Shown piece after piece: positions 58,583 to 64,000 of a stretch of 64,000 bases of DNA; the stretch's first letter is position 1, and the number at the start of each line of letters is the position of its first letter. Position numbers and translations under genes: made by a program. Below the pieces are notes generated by a model. The model was given only the letters and a program-made list of their open reading frames with translations, was not told the origin of the DNA and did no database searches. The DNA is from a virus: IMG/VR virus record IMGVR_UViG_3300008952_000004, positions 64,001 through 128,000 of that record; one strand, 5' to 3'.

Positions 58583-59240
58583 AATTGTTTTATTATTAGG
58601 TGGTATCCTTTTAACAATGGCAAGCTTTTCGCAAGCACATGCCAGACGATGCGTTCGAACACCAGATCCTATTGTTTTGCAGAAAAGTTCGGCTGGAGAA
58701 TACGTGGCTGTCTGGGATACATTTGATCGCAATCCGAGAATTTATTATAGTGACATTGCTCAGTACTATAATTCACCGAATGTACAGTTTTTTGATGTTG
58801 GATATGTGATAGCCGAATTCGATTCAGAATCAAATATTTGGTTATTTTATGGATGGGTTGGTGATAATTTAATCAAGCGCACGCATCGCCACTGGCGCAA
58901 ACATCGACGCTCTTATCGGCGATGTTTGGGCTATGCTGGACATTATCATTATAAGCCATATTATCCACATTATACATATGATTGGTTTTCCTCAAGTCTT
59001 CAATATCACCACCGACTATATCGGAAGCGATATTATGGAGACGGCACGAAACGCCGACTCCATCGTTATTACAAGCCTAGGCATGGTTATCGAAGTCATA
59101 ATCACACCCGTCGCCCTCGTCATTATCAGCCACGGAGAAAATACAGAAGACCGCAGGTTACGCAGCCGCATAAGCAACGCAGAAAACCACACCATAAAAA
59201 AAGAAACAAGAAACAAAAACGTCGCAATCAACGCCGATAA
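58572..59240 (+). CDS. Secreted protein with His/Arg/Tyr/Lys-rich basic tail
   Basis: Start reassigned to ATG 58572 (GGAG upstream); signal peptide MKNKIVLLLGGILLTMASFSQAHA. Confidence 0.6.
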   Translation: MKNKIVLLLGGILLTMASFSQAHARRCVRTPDPIVLQKSSAGEYVAVWDTFDRNPRIYYSDIAQYYNSPNVQFFDVGYVIAEFDSESNIWLFYGWVGDNLIKRTHRHWRKHRRSYRRCLGYAGHYHYKPYYPHYTYDWFSSSLQYHHRLYRKRYYGDGTKRRLHRYYKPRHGYRSHNHTRRPRHYQPRRKYRRPQVTQPHKQRRKPHHKKRNKKQKRRNQRR

Positions 59241-59254
59241 GATTAGGTGCTTTA

Positions 59255-60229
59255 ATGACTCCAAGAATATTAATCATCGATGCTCTTAATATGTATTTCA
59301 GAGCATATATTGTAGATCCGAGCCTATCGACCAACGGTCAGCCAATCGGCGGCACTAAGGGTTTCTTGAAAATTTTGCAAAAACTGGTGCGTGAGACGAA
59401 GCCGGATCAGGTTGTTATTGCTTGGGATGGCGCTGGTGGTTCCCAAAAACGAAAGAGTATTGATAAAAATTATAAAGAGGGGCGCAAGCCCATTCGTCTC
59501 AATCGCGAGATTCGTAATCTCTCCGAGAACGAAGAGATGGAAAATAAGATTTGGCAGCAGACTCGACTGGTAGAATATTTAAATTGCATGCCAGTATGCC
59601 AGATAATGCTGCCAGCAATTGAGGCGGATGATGTGATTGCTTATGTTGTGAGTATGTCATCTTTAAAGGGCTGGCAAAAGGTTATTGTGTCAAGTGACAA
59701 AGATTTTTATCAACTGTGCGATGGCGAAACTGTGCTGCACCGACCCATTCAAAAGGCAACTTTGAACAAACATCGTATTATAGAAGAACATGGAATTCAT
59801 CCTTTAAACTTTGCTCTCGCACGCGCCGTCTGTGGCGACAAAAGTGATAATCTTAAAGGTGTTGGGGGCGTGGGCTTGGCTACGATGTCCAAGCGGTTTC
59901 CGTTTTTGGCAGAAGAGAAGTCCTATACAATTGACGAGCTAGTTGATTATTGCGACGATTGTGAAAACAAATTAAAAGTACACCATAACATTCTCGACGG
60001 ACGTGGTATAATAGAAAAGAACTATAGATTAATGCAACTTTACTCACCGAGTATTTCACCTCAATCTAAAAAGATTATTAAACACACGGTTGAGGAGACG
60101 ACTCTGGAGTTTAATAAGACAGAGGTACTGAAGATGATGAACACAGATGGGTTTGGAGTGTTTGACTGGACAAGTCTATTTCAGACGATGCGGCGAATTG
60201 TGGCTGCGGAGGTAGCGAATGGCACTTAA
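59255..60229 (+). CDS. 5'-3' exonuclease/flap endonuclease (T4 RNase H / Pol I N-domain-like)
   Basis: IIDALN, AWDG, YKEGRK, EADD, SSDKDF, GDKSDN, GVGGVG (H3TH). Confidence 0.92.
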   Translation: MTPRILIIDALNMYFRAYIVDPSLSTNGQPIGGTKGFLKILQKLVRETKPDQVVIAWDGAGGSQKRKSIDKNYKEGRKPIRLNREIRNLSENEEMENKIWQQTRLVEYLNCMPVCQIMLPAIEADDVIAYVVSMSSLKGWQKVIVSSDKDFYQLCDGETVLHRPIQKATLNKHRIIEEHGIHPLNFALARAVCGDKSDNLKGVGGVGLATMSKRFPFLAEEKSYTIDELVDYCDDCENKLKVHHNILDGRGIIEKNYRLMQLYSPSISPQSKKIIKHTVEETTLEFNKTEVLKMMNTDGFGVFDWTSLFQTMRRIVAAEVANGT

Positions 60230-61586
60230 CAGAAACGTAGATTTTTCAAAATTTGGAAAAGCCTTTCAAGAGGGGCTAGCCCAACTTATCATGGAGGACC
60301 GCCCCTTCGCAGATCAAATTCAGGAGGTTCTGTCAATAGACTTTTTTGAATTAAAATATTTGCAAGCCTTTACCAAAAAGGTTTTTGATTTTAAGATCAA
60401 GTACGATGTGCACCCATCAAAGGATGCCATGCTGTCAGTGCTCCGTGCAGAGCTTGATGACGAAAGCCCAGCTACCCAAAAACAAACCCGAGATTTCTTT
60501 GCAAGAATTTATAAATCTGAGATAGAAGTTGGCGGCGAAGAATATATTAAAGAGACAGCCCTTGACTTCTGCCGAAAGCAGAAACTAAAAGAGGCTATGA
60601 TCAAGTCTGTTGGGTTACTTGAGGCGTCATCGTTTGATGAGATCAGTTCGCTGATCAATGATGCTCTGAAGCTTGGCTCTAATACTGACTTTGGTTATGA
60701 CTACATGGCGGACTTTGAAGAGCGATTTAAAATCAAAGCGCGTAACCCTATCAGTACAGGCTGGCAGATTATCGATAGTCACTGCAAGGGCGGTCTTGGT
60801 GTTGGAGAACTGGGTGTTGTTATCGCTCCAACTGGCGCCGGAAAATCAATGGTGCTGGTACATCTGGGAGCAGAAGCGTTAAAGCAGGGTAAGACGGTTG
60901 TGCATTATACTTTGGAATTAGCACCAACCGTAATTGCGGGTCGCTACGATAGTTGTATTACTGGTATACCTCTTCCACAACTTTTCGGTTGCAAGGAGGG
61001 CATTTATGAGACGGTAAAAGACTTAGAGGGTCAATTAATAATCAAAGAATACCCAACCAAGACAGCCTCTCCAAACGTTATTCGTAATCATATGGAAAGA
61101 CTTCGGCAGCGGGATATCAAGCCGGATTTAATCATTGTGGATTATGCAGATTTATTGCGACCAAATGTGGTTCGAAAAGAAAAAAGACACGAACTGGAGA
61201 CTATTTACGAAGATCTTCGCGGCATAGCGCAGGAGCATAAATGCCCGTGTTATACCGCATCGCAAACTAATAGGTCTGGATTGAACGCAGAAGTAATCAC
61301 AATGGAATCCATTTCCGAAGCCTTTAACAAGTGTTTTGTGGCAGATTTTATATTTTCCGTGTCTAGAACAGTTGAAGATAAAAATACAAATGGCGGACGA
61401 GTGTTTTTAGCAAAAAATAGGAATGGACCTGATGGAATCATTTATCCTATTTTTATGGACACTGCGCGGGTTAAAATAAAAGTTCTCCCACAAGATGGTA
61501 CTACCGTTGAACAGATCGTTGCACAATCGACAGCCCAACAAGGTAAACAGTTGCGTGAGAAATACAAAGAATACAGAAAAAAATAA
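60219..61586 (+). CDS. dnaB: Replicative DnaB-like helicase (gp41-like)
   Basis: APTGAGKS, TLEL, IIVDYADL, ASQTNR, KNRNGP. Confidence 0.9.
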   Translation: MALNRNVDFSKFGKAFQEGLAQLIMEDRPFADQIQEVLSIDFFELKYLQAFTKKVFDFKIKYDVHPSKDAMLSVLRAELDDESPATQKQTRDFFARIYKSEIEVGGEEYIKETALDFCRKQKLKEAMIKSVGLLEASSFDEISSLINDALKLGSNTDFGYDYMADFEERFKIKARNPISTGWQIIDSHCKGGLGVGELGVVIAPTGAGKSMVLVHLGAEALKQGKTVVHYTLELAPTVIAGRYDSCITGIPLPQLFGCKEGIYETVKDLEGQLIIKEYPTKTASPNVIRNHMERLRQRDIKPDLIIVDYADLLRPNVVRKEKRHELETIYEDLRGIAQEHKCPCYTASQTNRSGLNAEVITMESISEAFNKCFVADFIFSVSRTVEDKNTNGGRVFLAKNRNGPDGIIYPIFMDTARVKIKVLPQDGTTVEQIVAQSTAQQGKQLREKYKEYRKK

Positions 61587-61596
61587 GGGGATAAAC

Positions 61597-64000
61597 ATGA
61601 CACTCGACACAGCACGAGAAAAGAGCTTAAAATATTTTAATGGAGACGAGTTGGCGGCAAACGTGTTTCTGACCAAATATGCTCTTAAAGATAAAGCGGG
61701 AAAAATATTAGAAGACACGCCAAGCGCGATGCACGACCGCCTAGCAGAAGAATTTTCAAGAATTGAGGAGAAGTTCGGCGGCAAGCGACAGCTTTCTTAT
61801 GATGAGATTCGCGATTCATTTGAAAATTTTCAATATATTGTGCCGCAAGGTTCGGTTATGTTTGGTTGTGGGAACGCCCATGTACATGCCTCTCTTTCGA
61901 ATTGTGTTGTTGTATCACCTCCGGAAGACAATATGTCCTCTATTATAGAGTCGGGTAAAGATTTAGCTAACCTGTTCAAGCGACGTTGTGGAGTAGGAAT
62001 CGACATCTCAGGGCTTCGTCCGGAAAACACGCCGGTTAATAATTCTGCTGGCACGACTACCGGTGCGTGGTCTTTCGCAGATTTTTATTCTTATGTGTGT
62101 CGAATGGTTGGTCAGAATGGTCGACGCGGGGCTTTGATGATCTCGATGGATGTTAGACATCCTGATATTGAGCAATTTGTTACAATGAAACAAGATCTGT
62201 CAAAGGTGACCGGCGCGAATGTATCGATAAAATTGAGCGATGATTTTATGCATGCAGTTGATTCAGACGCTGATTTTCTTTTACGGTATCCGGTAGACTC
62301 AGAACCTGATGAGGCAGTGAGTTATACGAAGACAATTCGCGCACGAGATTTGTGGACAAAGATCGTTGAGAGTGCAGCAAAGACGGCAGAGCCAGGGCTG
62401 CTGATGTGGGATAATATTAGAAAAAATCTTCCAGCGGAGTGTTATGCTGATGTCGGATTTCAGACTGTTTCAACCAATCCTTGTGCAGAAATTCCCCTGT
62501 CTTCTCATGATAGTTGTCGTTTGATTTCTGTTAATTTAAAAAACTTTGTAAAGAAACCATTTACTAAAGACGCCTACTTTGATTATGAACATTTCGGTAA
62601 GACAATTACTATGGCTATGCGACTGTCTGATGACTTGGTTGAGCTTGAAGCAGAGCAACTCTCAAAAATAATTAAAATTGCTGATACTAAAGATGAAAAG
62701 AAGTTGTGGACAAAATTACGAAAGGCTTGTCTTCAAGGACGCCGAACGGGATTAGGAACTCACGGTCTGGCAGACGCTATAGCACGCATGTGCCTGCGAT
62801 ATGATTCAACCCAAAGTGTTTCTGAAATCGATAAAATTTATAGCACTCTGAGAGACAAGGCATATGAGGAAAGCGCTCGCTTGGCTCAAGAAAGAGGCTC
62901 CTTTCCGGTGTTTGATTGGGCGAAGGAAAAAGATAATTTATTTATTAAGCGACTCCCCTCTCGCATTCAAAAAATGATTGCAGATTCCGGTCGACGAAAT
63001 ATATCTATCCTAACTAACGCTCCAACTGGAAGTGTGTCCATCCTCTCTCAAACCAGTTCAGGGCTGGAGCCTGTCTTTCGAAATTCTTATGTTCGGCGCC
63101 GGAAGATAAATCACAATGAGCAGAACATTGAGCCGGATTTCGTCGACGACTTAGGTGATCGCTGGGTGGAATATACGGTGTTTCATCACAACGTCAATGA
63201 CTGGATTAAACTTAACGCGAAGAAACCGGATTGTGAGTTGCCTGGGTTTTTCGTAGAAAGCAACCAGATCGATTGGTTGCGTCGTGTTGAAATACAGGCA
63301 ACTATTCAAGAGAATATCGATCACGCTATTAGTTCCACCATTAATCTTCCGGAAAATACTTCACCTTCGGTTGTTGGTGAACTTTATATGAAGGGTTGGA
63401 AAGATGGTCTGAAAGGGATCACTGTTTATGTGGATGGCAGTCGAACTGGGGTGTTGATAACGAAACAGGACGAGGGAAAGGGAGAACCATTTCCTCAAAA
63501 CGGCGCCCCACTCAGACCGGAAGTGGTTGACTGTGATATCCACCACACAACCATTAAAGGTGAAAAGTGGACCATCCTTGTTGGTCTGTATGAGGGTCGA
63601 CCTTATGAGGTGCTTGGCGGGTTATCTAATTTAATTGAAATTCCCAAGCGGCACACTAAAGGGCGCCTTACCAAGCACCGCTTTAAAACAAAAGCTAATA
63701 GGTATGACTTAACGTTTGGCGTTGATGATGACACAACGGTTGTGAGAGATATTGTGCGAGTGTTCGACAATCCGAACGAATCGGCTTTCACTCGAATGAT
63801 CTCTCTAACCCTGCGCCATGGCGCTCCACCTCGCCTCTTGGTAGAACAGCTACAAAAAGATAAGGATAGCGATATGTTTAGTTTCGCTAGGTGTATCGCC
63901 AGAATCCTCAAAAATTATATTCAAGATGGCGAGCCAGCAGGGGATAAATCTTGTCCTGAATGTGGTGCCGAAGAAGGGCTAGTGTATCAGGATGGTTGCC
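61597..64000 (+). CDS. nrdJ: Class II (adenosylcobalamin-dependent) ribonucleotide reductase, 3'-truncated
   Basis: Hand translation: GDELAANVFLTKYALKD, IVPQGS, SLSNC, TNPCAEIPL, NAPTGSVS, C-terminal CPECG; frame spot-checked at several points to the window end. Confidence 0.85.
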   Translation, partial: MTLDTAREKSLKYFNGDELAANVFLTKYALKDKAGKILEDTPSAMHDRLAEEFSRIEEKFGGKRQLSYDEIRDSFENFQYIVPQGSVMFGCGNAHVHASLSNCVVVSPPEDNMSSIIESGKDLANLFKRRCGVGIDISGLRPENTPVNNSAGTTTGAWSFADFYSYVCRMVGQNGRRGALMISMDVRHPDIEQFVTMKQDLSKVTGANVSIKLSDDFMHAVDSDADFLLRYPVDSEPDEAVSYTKTIRARDLWTKIVESAAKTAEPGLLMWDNIRKNLPAECYADVGFQTVSTNPCAEIPLSSHDSCRLISVNLKNFVKKPFTKDAYFDYEHFGKTITMAMRLSDDLVELEAEQLSKIIKIADTKDEKKLWTKLRKACLQGRRTGLGTHGLADAIARMCLRYDSTQSVSEIDKIYSTLRDKAYEESARLAQERGSFPVFDWAKEKDNLFIKRLPSRIQKMIADSGRRNISILTNAPTGSVSILSQTSSGLEPVFRNSYVRRRKINHNEQNIEPDFVDDLGDRWVEYTVFHHNVNDWIKLNAKKPDCELPGFFVESNQIDWLRRVEIQATIQENIDHAISSTINLPENTSPSVVGELYMKGWKDGLKGITVYVDGSRTGVLITKQDEGKGEPFPQNGAPLRPEVVDCDIHHTTIKGEKWTILVGLYEGRPYEVLGGLSNLIEIPKRHTKGRLTKHRFKTKANRYDLTFGVDDDTTVVRDIVRVFDNPNESAFTRMISLTLRHGAPPRLLVEQLQKDKDSDMFSFARCIARILKNYIQDGEPAGDKSCPECGAEEGLVYQDGC

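Noticed and set aside
1-64000. tRNA, rRNA, CRISPR array, introns, inteins, homing endonucleases, integrase, stop-codon recoding
   Set aside because: Intergenic gaps are too short and show no cloverleaf or repeat-spacer pattern; terminase, RecA, helicase and RNR have normal lengths; genes are intact under the standard code.

Overview
A 64-kb segment of a large contractile-tailed bacteriophage with a T4-like head and tail module. Essentially all credible genes are on the + strand, in the standard genetic code, mostly with clear Shine-Dalgarno sites. Gene order: 5'-truncated giant virion protein and a baseplate-like cluster with paralogous pairs; RuvC-like resolvase; primase; single-chain Mre11-Rad50 (SbcD-SbcC) fusion; three membrane proteins resembling a lysis cassette; fibre with a duplicated domain; large terminase; portal; prohead protease; ribosomal protein bS21; two fibres with S74 chaperone domains; scaffold; major capsid; neck proteins; sheath; tube; tail chaperone; tape measure; baseplate genes. 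A replication block follows: minimal PolA-like polymerase, degenerate tubulin/FtsZ-like protein, gp32-like SSB, FKBP PPIase, RecA/UvsX, a secreted His/Arg-rich protein, 5'-3' exonuclease, DnaB-like helicase and a 3'-truncated class II RNR. The most notable non-obvious signals are: (i) two copies of a ~37-nt covarying RNA element, possibly an H-type pseudoknot, flanking the PPIase gene; (ii) a likely +1/-2 programmed frameshift on a U7 run in the tail chaperone; (iii) an ACTA(T/A)TTA motif before about 12 structural genes, versus sigma70-type promoters before DNA-metabolism genes; (iv) the mini-PolA/tubulin-like gene pair; (v) bS21 in a phage with strong SD usage. All family assignments come from motif recognition by eye; no database searches were run.
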